From: Paramecium tetraurelia
Lineage: Eukaryota
Direction: 5' to 3'
NCBI GenBank assembly: GCA_000165425.1
Contig: CT867999.1
Span: 1 to 64,000 of the forward strand
DNA length: 64,000 nt
The position numbers and the translations under genes were made by a program. Positions 28,970 to 42,876 of the stretch are shown one piece after another; positions within the stretch are counted from its first letter, which is position 1, and every line of letters starts with the position of its first letter. The notes beneath the pieces were generated by a model. That model was not told the DNA's origin. It saw only the letters and a list, made by a program, of their open reading frames with translations, and did no database searches.

Positions 28970-31900
28970 TCAGATTTAGGCGTAATAGTGAAAAAGTTCA
29001 TCTAATTTTTAATGTTAAATAAAAAAGTAGATTAGTTAATTTAAAGGTTGAATTGTTTAATTTCTAATAGATTAGGCAATGCGTCTAAAAATATATATTC
29101 TTGAGAAGATCATAATTGGCTCCACAATTACATAAAATAACAATAATGAGCCTATAAAACAAAGGGAAACTTCAATATTGATTATTTGAATGTCTCTTTA
29201 ACTAAAAAGATATATCTATATTTACCATCTCTTCATTAATAGAATAAACTCTAGATAACATATGAAATGTGTCGCTAGATATATGATTATTATAGAAAGA
29301 CTCCATTTCCCACCAAATCTGTAAATTGCCTAAAATATCTTAAGAGTCATTCTAATTAATAAGAATGTTCCGCAATTTAGGAATAAGATAACAAATAATG
29401 GAATATGATCCTACAAACTTATTTAAAAAAATGAAAATAGAATGAAAAGACTTATTTTTATTGATAGCTATAAAAACCGATAGCTTTTTGTAAGGGCATG
29501 GTTTTCTGTATAGAAGCAGGATAACACCTCATGAATAAACTAGATGTTAATAATATTATTTACTTAGAAGGATAATTTGAAAATAGCAAAATTCCCTGGA
29601 TAGAAATTAATTGTCTTAGATTTTGTTTATTTCAAAACTTCATCTATGCTAATATCTGATTCTATTCTGGTTTAAACTGGCAATTATTTAGATTTCGATT
29701 CAATTGAGATTAGTTCAAAATAAATGAAGAGAGTAAAAGCAATGAAGATACCATAAAATAGCAAAATCGGTTATTCACTCAACGTTAAATTTCTATTGTC
29801 TATTCCATCCCCCCTATCTATATTAGGAGTGGCATTTAATTATAGGGCTGAGTTGTTTGGATATTAAACTAAAAAGATGCTCCCTAATTCTTCAGATATG
29901 CAAGATACCTACACAGTTTTATTATCAATTTCCTCAATTAACAAATTACATTTAGTTAAATTTCCTTCCTTATTAATATTAACACATTCAAAAGAATAGA
30001 GTTTTTCATCAGGAACTTGTTCTTAGCAGTATGGAGTTTAAAACATATCAATTAAGTATTTTTTAATTGCATCTTGGTAATCCAGATAGCGATTATTATA
30101 AAGATGATTCTTGAGGTTAGTTTTTTTGTATGAATTCTCATTTATTTCAAGGAGAGTCTAATTATAAAATGTTTGTAATTATGTGCGTAATTTTTGAGAT
30201 AGATTCAAATGGTTATAACTTAATTCTATTTGTTCCTTTTGAACAAAATCAATCAAACCATCTAAGAGATCTCTTTCAATATTAAATTATTTATTTAACA
30301 TTTCTTTAGTAATTTTGGATAATTGCCATTTTAGAATTTCACCATTATTAATTAATTGAAGGCCATTTACTTAGACCTAAACATTAACATAAATTGAAAT
30401 CCTTTCAATAAGATTTATTAATCCCTCTGCTATAATAATAATCTATTCTTAATCTTAATTAGATTTAATGGTGGCCTGTGGAATCTTAAGAAATATGTCG
30501 TCAATTAAAAGTTGAACAACTATTAAAGAGTCTAAAACTGCTATTTTGCCTTAATAAAGTTTTTCATCCAAGAAAACATCATTAAAACTAATTTAATCAT
30601 TAATATCAGTTAACTTTGTTATCAAACTTTGAGTAAGTGTTGTAATTTATAGTAATTCTGCTTGCAAAATAAATGGAGTGACATTTGATGTTGCATTAGG
30701 ACGAGTACTTCTGAAATAATATGTTTATGTAGAATTTTAAAAACAATTTTCTGAGTTATCTGTTAATAATCTCATAGAAGTGGTTGAACTATTATTCTCT
30801 TGTATTGCTCTTTTATATAATTTTGTGGTTTGATAAACTAGTAATTAATCATCAGAATTCTCAGCATTCAAATAAGTTTTGATATTTTAATATAACTATT
30901 TGGAAAGGTTAACGCAATTTTATTAATCGTAATGATTCAATACAATTTCCAATAATAATGAAATTTAATATCTTAAATTATATTAAACTATATTTATAGA
31001 GGAACAATTTATCACAGTTTTTGTTACGTTTAACTATTTTTAAATATTTAAGTATGACCCCTTGGAATCCATTGCTTAAATTAGAAGAATTCCGTTAGAA
31101 AACGGAAAATATCCCTCAATATTGTTTGCACTTGAATAACTACTCACGATTAACGAATAATCATTTGTTCTACTTAAATAATCTGTTAAATCTTATTTTT
31201 TAAGAAAATATCTCAATTAGTATGTGAATGGAGCTGTTTCAGAAAATTCGCAAATTGTAACAATCTATTAAGGTTTCAATGCTTGAATTATTTTTGAACC
31301 TAAGCTCACTACGCAAGTAGGAGGTAAATTAACAGTTATTACTAAATCTTCTTGACTAGGTATAATCTCATTACTAAATTAAGCCAAAAATTTCAAATTG
31401 ATTGTGTTTCCTTTTGTAAATTCTTGATAGTAATCAAATATATGAAATGATTATTTAAAGTATTCAGATTGTAATATCTTTATAACTTCAAAATTATATA
31501 TAATAACCAATGAATAATCCACAAGATACTGCCTATCTTGAAAAGGAATGTTAATAGTGAACTCCAAATTTTCATAGTTATTGACAGGTCTCATTAAATA
31601 CCCTTTACTATAGGTAACATTTAATATTTTAAAATCATTATCTAAAAAGACGATGTTTTATTTAAATTTATATGTTCGTAATCCTTTTTTAGCCACTACT
31701 GTCCAACATTAAATAGTATATGGCTTTATTAATTATTTGGGAATGGTTTGGAAAGTATCAGTATGGTTGACTTTTATCTCTTTTTTATTTACATCAGTAC
31801 AGTGAGAATTCATAGTTAAGTCAAGACATTGAACATCAATATCGATATTAGAATCCTCATTCCAGTCATATTATGCATCTAAATCTTTACATGATATGAA

Positions 31901-34900
31901 TATTTAGGTTTCTTTTCTATAATTCTGAATCTTTTTTGTGCCATTGAATTAACAAAGGATACCTCCTGAGCTAATATCGATAGTAATGTTTCTATTAGAT
32001 GAAAAGTTCAGTACTGCATCAAGAGTTGTTTATTCAAAAGTGTACGCAATCATAGGTGTCAAAGTATATTTTGGAATAGTAACATTAAAACTACTTCCAC
32101 TTGTGATTTCAGAATAGTTCACTCTTGAGGACCTAGAATTAGAATTGTTCCTATGGACTTCAACTATCGATAGCGTATATGAAGAATTATCAAATTAAGT
32201 TTTATTCAAATCAGAACAAGCCTTCTTTTTAATTTTGAATTCCAAAACAATTGCTTCAAAAGTATAATAAGTAGGCTTAGAAACCCAAAGGATAGTGGGG
32301 AATTGACCAGAATGGGTTTCCAATTTAATTTGCTGTACACTCTTTTGGGCAACAAAATTTTGAAATTCCAATTCGAAAGTAATATTGGATTGTTTAGGTA
32401 GAGTTTGGATTGGGATAACTAATTCTAACATCTAGAATTTAGTTAATGAATTAACAAAGTTTTCAATGTCCCCTTTTCCATTTGTTCCACTTACAGTGTA
32501 GGTCCATTTTATTTCAATAAACCCTCTGAGTCCATCATTCAATTTGGATTTCAAGGCTATATTATTATCATCACAAGGATTTATAAGATAAGTAGGTAAA
32601 TCGTATATTGCAATTGGAGATACAGGGTTTAAGGGACTTTTAACATCATTGAAGATAAAAATATTTAATCTTTGATCACAGTCTTAATGACCAAAATAGT
32701 TTTCTTAAAAAAAGATTTAATCTCCTGGAAGAATTTTTGGTTATTATCCAACACCTATTTATAATATTGTATCATCGATAGGATCAATTTCACAAATAGG
32801 ATTCTTACCAAGTAATTTATATGTTTTATCATCTAATATTTATAAGCAGACATTATCTTGAAATTGAGTTGTGAAAAATTATGAATTCAAGGTGAAGTCA
32901 AACTTTACTGATATATACAACAAGTCATCAGAGAATCTAACATCGAGGACAGCAACTTAACAAGCTTTAATATTCTTAGAATTTGAATACTTGAACACCA
33001 TGGAGTATCAAGGTGACTCACAGAATCGGGTGGTTAATCACAAGACATCTCAGGAGACAAGACTCTATTGGCTTTACAAGTTAGACATCCATCTAAGTTG
33101 CATGTTTTGCATAACCAAAAACAAGTCTAACAAGATTCATTCGAGAAATCATCATAAAATCCATCTGGACATTAACAAAGAGGAAATTTAATACGATCTC
33201 CTTTACAACTTAAACAATTTATTGAGGATTCTTAGCATGTTTTACATTAAAAGGCACATTCTTAGAGTATAAATAATTAAAATACTCTCACATAGAGGTT
33301 ATCCACCTTCAAAATACCCATCTTCACAGATACAAAGTTGAGTTGATCTTCCTTCCTTACATGTTAAACAATTAGAAGAAGTTTTATCACAAGTCTAGCA
33401 TTAATTGTCACAAGCTATACTATAATTATAATTAATTACTTTCACAATTGAGAGAAGAATTTTCAAAATAACCAAGTTTACAACTACAAGCAGGAGGTGC
33501 TTCCCTCAAATTACCAAAACAAGATAGACAATTATTTGAAGAGTTCTAACAAACTCTACAGCGTGCACTGCATTTAAAGCAATCCACTTAAAAGCCATCA
33601 TCATAGTATCCATCTTTGCAAATACAATTCTATGAAATGGTCAATCTATTGGAAGTGCTAGATTAAAAACAAGTTACACAATTATCTCTCTATGAATTAC
33701 ATGTTGAACATTTATAATGGCATTCTAATAATATAAACATTTAATACTTTAACATTGTTCATTTATGTCTTAATAGAAACCAGTTAAACAAGGACATCTA
33801 TTAATAACAGATTGATCAAGTCTATTTTAATTAATATCACAACTTAAACAAAAATCTCTTCTCCCTTTACATGTTAGACATTAATTAGAGCACTCTATAA
33901 ATTAATCAAAATTTTACTTTGACAAACCAATTAACCACTATCATAATATCCATTTTAACAAACACACTAATTTAGATTCAATAATCTAAAGTTTTGGGCT
34001 TAATTACATGAAGTACATTTAGTTGAAGTCATTACACATGTTTAACATATTGGATTGCATGGTTAACACAACTCAATTCCAATATCATAGTAACCATCTA
34101 AACAAATGCATTGATTAGAGCTGTTTAATAGTCTATAATTAGTTGGCTCACATGATAAGCAATTAGTTGGTAAACTTTAGCATGTCTTACAACTGAAATT
34201 GCATACTACGGTTACTCTAAAATTATTACATGAACACTTTTTTTGATTAACTTCATAATATCCATCTTTGCATGGACACTTCAAGTTAACTGGATCAAAA
34301 TATCTAGTAATACTTTCACACTCTAAGCATTGGGACAATGACTTACATTCTCTACACAAAACAGTACACACTGAATAACAACAATAAGAATACTTGCGCA
34401 TGTTGAAGTGGAAGAGTTAAAAAAGTAGCCTGAAGAACAAAGACATCTACCTGTAGTATTCAGACTAAGGTTGTACGAAGGATCACATGTTAGACAATTT
34501 GTTGGGAATACTTTACAAGTTAAACAAGATGAGTCACATGGTCTACAATCTAAAGATATTGGCTCTTCGTAATATCCATCTTTGCATATACAAATATTTC
34601 CTGTTGAAAATATTCTAAATTTATCAACTGCACATGTTGTACAATAATTGGCTTGATTGATACATGTTAAGCAAGTTTAATCACAAAATAAACACTATTT
34701 ATCTGAGCCACTCTCATATGTACCATCTACACATTTGCATTAATTGTTAGATAATTATCTTAAAACTTTGCAAGAAGTACAAGAAGTGATTGAATTTAAA
34801 CAAGCTTAACAAGTAATATCACACTCTTGGCATAAACTATTGATTTAAGTCGCTCCAGGTTTGCAAATACATGTTTTAGTTGCAGAGTCCAGAACTCTCA

Positions 34901-37900
34901 TTAATGATGAATCACATTCAATACAAGTAGTAGAAGTGAGTGAGCAATTTAAACAATTCTGATTACATTTACTACATTTACTCAGATTATTTACAAAATA
35001 ACCTACACTACATGGACAAGCACTTCCATCCAAATATCTTGGAGATTCACAGGATGTACAATTATCTGCAGTGTTTAAACAAGTCAAACATGAGCTTAAA
35101 CATTTATTACAATTAGTAGAGATTCCATCATCATAATATCCAGGTAAACAAAAACAGGCCCCTTGATTATAGACTCTAAAGGAAGTTGTCTTGTCTAAAC
35201 AACTTTGACAAAATTAACTTCCAAAAGAATTACAAGTAAGACAAGTATAATAACATTTTTAACAAGTTTGAGTTCCATTGTCAAAATAAGAATCAATGCA
35301 ATTACAAGTAAATAATGTTCCATTGAATACTCTATTGGATGCAGATGGACACACATTACATTTTGTAGAAATGGTGTTGCATTCTGAACAAGAATAGTGG
35401 CATTCTATTAATAATATTAATCTAAGGTACTTTAACATATAGGATTAGATCCATCATCAAAATATCCTTTTTAGCAAATACATTATGAATTGATTAAAGT
35501 TCTAAATGAGTTTGATAAGCAAGTTAAACATGTCGTATCTAACCCTGCACAAGTTTCGCAACTATAATAGCATCCTAATGCCTATTACTAAAATATTACC
35601 TAAGCATTTAGGTTTGCCAATATCAAAATAATTAGGGCCACAGACACAAGTAGAATTAGTAAAAACTCTACCATCACTAGCCATGCATGAGGTACATTAA
35701 TTATATTTAGATCCGCTGCACTGTAAACAAGAATAATGACAATCTATTATGTTAAATTAATTTGATAAAACTTTGACAATCAACTTTTCCTGCAACTTCA
35801 TAACTAGTGATAAAAGCTCCAGTTAGCTTGGTCTAGCAAATACAAACATTCCCTTGTAAATATCTATCTGATTTACAAGATATACAATGATCAGGAGCAT
35901 TTGAACAATCCAAACAATAAGCACTGCATGCTAAGCATTATTTTGATTTATACGTTGACATTCAGGAGTTCCAACATCATAGTATGTACTCATACATACG
36001 CAGTTCCCTGAAGGATCCAATTGTCTCATAATCTAAGTATAACAGGATGTGCATTAATTTTATTAAGATCCATTACATGTTAAGCAATTGACATAACAAG
36101 CTAACATGAATTTCAAATTATACGAATGCAGATTGGATTATTAGGTGGGTCATACATTTTGTCTGGACAAGAACAAGAATTGTTGGTTCCTAGATCCCTA
36201 TAAGAGTAGAGTGGACAAGCTGTACAATTGTCTATTGTGCCACTGCAGTTAGCACAACGATATGAGCATTCTAGCATATTTAGTATAATTAATTACTGTA
36301 ACACATGGGGTCGCCAACTGTTTTTCCCATATAAGTATCAAGACATGCACACAAGTTAGTCTTAAATTCTCTATTGTTATCGCTACAATGCTTATTACCA
36401 AAATATTTTTGCTATACTGGATGAGAATGTTAGACATTAATCCTAAGCAGGACCATAACAGGTACGACATGTAAAATGGCAAGCTTTAAATAGATAATAT
36501 AATTACCGGTACATTATAATACACCAATATCATAATATCCATCAGGACAAATACATTTGAACATTGAATATTGACGATAAGTTAAGTTGCAAGTTAAACA
36601 GTTACTATCCAAACTGCCATTACAAGTATTGCAAGTGAAATGACATGCTTAACATTCTAATGATTTGCCATCACTATAATAATTTGAATTTTTGCAGCCA
36701 CATTTAAATGTGGTTCCTACTCTATCTGATTACCTTGAAATGGGACAACTTGTGCATTAATCTTCTGTAGATAAGATACAACTAGAACAAGTATAATGAC
36801 AATTGTCTATAAAATAGTGATATTAAATAACTTACATTTACAGACCATATCATTAGTTCCAGTATCAATATAGGAATTATTGCATAAACATTGATAATCA
36901 GAACTCAGATTACGAAAGGATGAGGATGAGCAGGCTGTGCAATTAGTTGCCAAAGGACCATTGCAATTTTCACATGTATAATGGCATTCTAAAATCAAAA
37001 AGATAATTACTAAAGCAAGCATCAGAAATACCATCTTCACCATATCCTGCTCTACAAGCACAAATAAATTGGTTATTAACATCTCTATTTTACCCCGCTA
37101 TACACATTGTACAATATTAATTGGCTGTATTATCTAAAGGCTTAGAGCATTTCTCACATCTTGGATGACATGCTAAAATAAGTAATTAGGATTATATACG
37201 TTAGCATATTGTACTTCCATCATTCTGAGTTATTTCAATTGTCCTATCTAAGCATGTACATTATTTAGACACTAATTATTTGTAATATATATTCGGGTCT
37301 CCACAATCAATACAGTCATCTATATTTGGTCCATTGCACTGATAACATGATTTATAGCACACTAATTCAAATAAAAGATATTACATTAACAACCAGTTTC
37401 AGCAACGCCAGTATTATAATTTCCTTAAGGGCATTATGAATATAACAATACAAAGTCTCTGATACCAAATGACTCTCCATCTGGTGATTCATTTAGATTT
37501 GTAGTAAAAGAGATCTCAAATTGAGTGCTAGTATGATTTAAATCCAATTCAATTCTTGTAAAAAGTGTTCTATGGTCATCGTGTGAATCTCCGCAAATCT
37601 TCCAAAATTAACCCTAATCAAAGAAAAATTATTTTTGCCAAATAAGAGTGCCATCTAGTCTCATATAGGCATGTTCAGAATCCCAGGAATCAATCTTAAC
37701 CCATAAAAACTATATCTTTATTCTAGCATGTTATGGAATATTTAGAAAAAGACCTACTTATAACTGTACCAGCTCCTATTTTGTTATAACCACCAAATAA
37801 AGCAGCAGCTAATTTATATTCAAAGATTGTTACGTCCACAATATGTAGCTTCAGGAGTTGTTGGAATTGTATTCCAACCATCGGATTATATTTCATCATT

Positions 37901-38592
37901 ACTTAATTAGGTCCAACTAGTGAAAAATATCTACCAAACCTAACATTAAACATCTGTATCAGTTTCTTTGCAAATTTAACATCCATCTGGGCATCTCTCA
38001 ACCGAAATAATAAAATCTCTCATTCCCCAAGATTCCTTTCAAAATAATCAAACTTGAATACATTATCACGCCCTTCGTTCAAAACACTTGTGACTACTAC
38101 TATTGCTGTAGGACCACTATGTTAAACTATTAAGTTCAAATTAAAACTCATTTCTCTATATTCATCCATTACAGTCCCACATATGTCAGTTCCCTGAGTT
38201 CCAAATTATGCTAGCTGCCACCCAATCTGTTAATCAACGTAAACTTAAGCTATTTCATTATCCCAAGAATCAATTCTATGCTATTTATTGTCCTTACTTC
38301 CAAAATTACAATTACAAATTTATCTTAAAATGAGGAGGAAGTGTAAATATCTTAGAAACAGTTGTCCTTGATCCAAAAGCATTGTAACCTACAAATAATA
38401 ACGTGCCCATGCAGTCTGTGAATTATGGCGAAGCTCCGCTGACGACCCAATCTAAATTTAATCGAATATTATAATACTATCCGCATCAGAAAAAGTATTC
38501 CCTTAAAATGAAGACGATATCACTTCCATAACTCCAAACACTTTTATTATACAATTCAGATAAAGAAATATTGCAAAGTTAGGTTAAATCAT
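28970..38592 (-). CDS. Giant membrane protein: signal peptide, two lectin-like N-terminal modules, many furin-like Cys-rich repeats, REJ/PKD-like region, GPS-like Cys motif and C-terminal TM helices
   Basis: Hydrophobic N-terminus, repeated IDSWD modules, many CHxxCxxCxGxxxxxCxxC...CxCxxGYY repeats (33.0-37.4 kb), REJ-like CKDLDAQYDWNEDSNIDIDVQC and NLPPTC, GPS-like CNLL...VSCISEELGSIFLV, then several hydrophobic helices before TGA 28970. Many 20-30-nt introns. Confidence 0.9.
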
Positions 38593-38749
38593 TAATATAA
38601 TTAATGTGAAAATGTAAATTTAGGATATTTTAAATAGGTAACTTTCTAAAATAATATTAATTAAGTTTAATATCAACAACGACCTACAAAACTATGTATA
38701 TTAGCAATCTAACCCAATTTTAGTTTAACGATGCGAAAATGAAAAAACA

Positions 38750-40554
38750 ATCTCATGCAATCAGATTAGATTTAGGTTTTTGATCCAAAATTCTGTTCAT
38801 CTTGTGCGTTTAATAAACGAAATTTTCCCAGTATTTAAATTACCTATTAAATCACCAAACTTATCAATCATTTGCCCAATCATTATTTTTAGATTTTTTG
38901 TTGATAAAAATAGCTATTTTCTATGTCTTTTGATGCCAAAACCACTTCTAACTAGTTTACTTATAAAACTATTTTAATGATTATTAAATTAGATTTGAAT
39001 AAGGATCTAAATTTATCTTGAAAAACTCAACTATAAATGAATTGATTTTGAAGAGGGCTACAATTTATATTCTCACTCAAATTGAAAATCCAGAAATTTT
39101 AATTAAATAATTTTAATTTTTTAATCCGCTTAAATAACATATTGCCTACTTAATAAAAAATTATCCAAAATATATTGCTATAAAATCGTTAAATCCAAGT
39201 GAGCATAGAGAGATTGCCTTTAATATAAACGCAGATAGTTAATATTTTTATTGAGCAAACAATTACATTTTTATTGATCTCCCATAAATAAATGAAGATA
39301 ATGTACTTTTAGTATTATCACTCTTTAATAATGCTTGGAATATATTCAAATTTAATTCTTTTTCATTAAATTACAAATTAAGCAGTTGTTGAATAGAGGA
39401 AGAGCATTAAGGCGTATAATCACAAGATTGTTCATTTCGAACCAACTTACATAACTAGATATCTAAATCTGTAGTTTTATGAGTATCAATGATACCTGTT
39501 CTGTTGAGGAATTCTGAGGTTTGATAAATAAATATATTTAATATATTCAACATCATAAGCGAATGATGGCATGAAACTCAACTTCCTAGTTTCTGATGTC
39601 TCATCGCTATTTTAAGTATTATTTAATATTTATTGCTTTAGCTAATTGTTGTATCCAAAAGGAATATTCGTTTAAGAAGTGTTGCAACTTCATGCCAATA
39701 ACTTACTTACTTCTATAGATAATATTTAGAAAATCAACTTTTTCACACAATAATATAATAATCATTGATTTTTCTAAAGAAATTCAGAATTATCAAGGTG
39801 TATCATTTTTAACCAATTAATATTATAAAACAAATGGTTTTGTGAATAAATACTATAATAAGATACTTTGATTGCAATTTGATATTCTAGGATAAAGAAC
39901 ATGTGTCTAATTTATCCTTATAACTTAATTCTTTCAATAACAAAGAAGGAATTTTTATTGTAATTATTGTTTTGGTATAAAAATTTCCAACTCAAATAAT
40001 GTTAGTAAATACTCAAAAATAGCTAATTCCCTATTGATTATATCAAAATTTTATACATTTTGATTATATTCAAGAAGTGTTTATCCTAACAATCGTTTAA
40101 CAATGATAATTACTTAAATGATTGTCCAACAATTTTTTTGAGGGTCTAAAGTATTCATTTAAGAGGCAATCATTAAAACTTTTTATAGGAGATATCCAAA
40201 AAAAATAAAATTTTAAGGGAAACTTCGAGCTCATGGAAATTAATCGATGTAATAATTAAAAGGCACCATCTACTTGTATATTATGATTTATTATACTTTG
40301 ATGTTGTTTCCAAATGTGATTTAATAAATGTTAATAATTGTCTCATTATATTCCAAAGATAAAATATATATATAAATTGGATATTTAATTAGCTTATTAT
40401 ATTTTTCAAATAGAAATATTTGGCTCTGTTATGGAAGCATAAATTCTTAATTTAATTTTTCTGAGGATTCATATAAAGATTTTGCTGAGAATCAATTGAT
40501 TCGCCTTGATAGGATAATTTTTTCTTACTTTGAAAATTAAGAGAAAGTTTTCAT
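38750..40554 (-). pseudogene. Probable decayed gene of unknown family
   Basis: One minus frame is protein-like over more than 1 kb and open for about 230 codons (39078-39768), but carries scattered TGA codons that no intron explains. Confidence 0.35.
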
Positions 40555-40590
40555 ATTATATAACATTAATAAAAATTTTAAATTTTGATT

Positions 40591-42827
40591 ATGCTATCAA
40601 AATAACAATAATAATTGTAAGAGATAGTATCTCAGAGCATATTGAAGAAGTATGTTTGAATAATAATTAGATCTGCGACGAAGACATCATAAAAATTGAG
40701 TTAGTCATTTAATCCTAATGGATTGATAGGTTAATCATTGAGTCCTACTCAGAAAACAAATTAAAGTATGGGATTAAAAAAAGGGAACAATTTAAAATAG
40801 TATCAATAAGATTTGCTTAAATTGATGACAAGCCATAAACAATTATAATCTGGCACTAAAAAAGCCAATATGTCAGATCTGATGAGTTAATAAAAGGATT
40901 CCAAGAGAATCTCTTCTGGAAATAGTCAGCCTCAGAAATCCCAGAACTCGAATAAAATTAGTTTTGTTAATCCAGCTAGTTAGATTATTATAATTGTTAA
41001 TCATGAAAATCAACAAATCAAATTTAGCATAGATCCTCAAAAATCAACGGGATGGTTAGAAGAATACTTGAAATAAGAAGTAAAGAAACATTCTATTCAC
41101 CAATATTCATCTACAGGATCTTAACCTGACGAAAGAAAGGTAACTTGTGGAACAGGCAATGAGTCATCAGATTTGGAAATAGTGTCATTTAATACAGTTG
41201 ATAAGAACTTACCAATCGATTACTATTTGCAACAAGCAAATAAAAGTTTAGAAATTTTTAGTGGATAGACACTAAATCTCTAGCCCTTTTATGGAACTCC
41301 TCAATAAAGTAAAATAACTTTGAAGGATTTTATATTTGTAAAATGTATAGGAGTGGGAGGATTTTCCAGGGTTTATATGGTAAAGAAAAAGTCAAATGGA
41401 AGATTCTATGCAATGAAATTAATTGATAAGGAATTCATAATCCAACATAAAAAACAAGGTATTATTATAATAAATATAAATATTAGGGATCGTATAAAAT
41501 GAGAGAGACATAATGACTGTGCTTGATCACCCTTTTATAATAAAATTGGAATATGCATTTGAATCCAAAAATTTTATTGTCTTCGTTTTAGAATTTTGCA
41601 GCGGAGGGGAATTGTTTTGGCAATTAAGATAAGTGAAGAGAATGACAGAAGATCAAGCTCGGTTTTATTTTACAGAAATTTGTTTGGCTATGTTTTATCT
41701 ACATTCACTGTCAGTGGTATACAGAGATATCAAACCAGAAAATATCTTAATTGACATTGATGGTCACATAAGAATTGCAGACTTCGGTCTATCCAAGCCT
41801 AATATGACAGAAGAAGACTATGCCTATAGTTTTTGTGGATCTCCTGAATACATGGCTCCGGAAATGCTGTTGAAAGTGGGACATAATGTACAGGTAGACC
41901 ACTACTGTATGGGTGCTTTGCTCTTTGAATTAGTTACAGGATTGCCTCCTTATTATTCAAGAGACACTGATGAAATTTATGAATCAATCCTCAATGAAGA
42001 ATTAACATTCCCTGAGAAGTTAAATTTATCACCAGAAATCAAGGTATAACTATTATTGATCAATAGGACTTGCTCTAAGGATTACTATGCAAATAACCAT
42101 CAGAGAGATTGGGAGCGAATAAAGGATTAACTGAATTGCTGACTCATGCTTGGTTTAAAGATGTGGATTTGGTGGCAATTTTACAAAAATAGATCCCGCC
42201 TCCATTCAAACCTAATTAATTGAAATTCAATTATGACTCAAATGATTTAATGAAGGGGGAATTGGAAACAAGAGAAAAGCTTTTGGGGAAAACAGGCCTG
42301 CAATAAGAAATAAGAATATTTAAGGCATTCTACTTTGATTCTTATGAATAAAAATAGATGAAAACAGAACAGGCTAAAATTCTATAACAACACTTTATGA
42401 TGGTGACTTAATAATAATTAGCATTAAATCAAAAGTTTAAACCCAAAAGAAAAAGCACTGAGCCGAAGGAACATCAATCGAAACCTGCATCTCCATAAAC
42501 TAGGAATCAAAAATAATAGAAATTCACGCCAGAGTAATTCTAATCTCTTTAGAAAAGAATAAAATCTTAGTATATATTGAGTTCTAAAATAGATAATCAT
42601 CTATGAGCAACGTATAATAGATCAGTACTATTCCAAGTCCTGCGTAATCTAAGTTGTAGGGTTTAAAGAGGATTATTTCCCAAAATAATTTTTTTGCTGA
42701 CAGATAGAATACATTGCCCACAGGACAGAAGGATGGAAATATAGACTATCACCAATTGCTATCAAATGTGTCAACAGAATAAATTTTACATAAAAGGGTA
42801 TCCTCTTTAAAGTAGAGAAAAAAATGA
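40591..42827 (+). CDS. AGC-group Ser/Thr protein kinase
   Basis: IGVGGFSRV, YAMK, YRDIKPEN, IADFG, SFCGSPEYMAPE and AGC C-tail PPPFKP. Introns at about 40650, 41459, 42044 and 42570. Confidence 0.95.
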
Positions 42828-42876
42828 ATTTACTAAAAACAATAAATTAATTTTATAATTTTGAATTTTTCTCACT

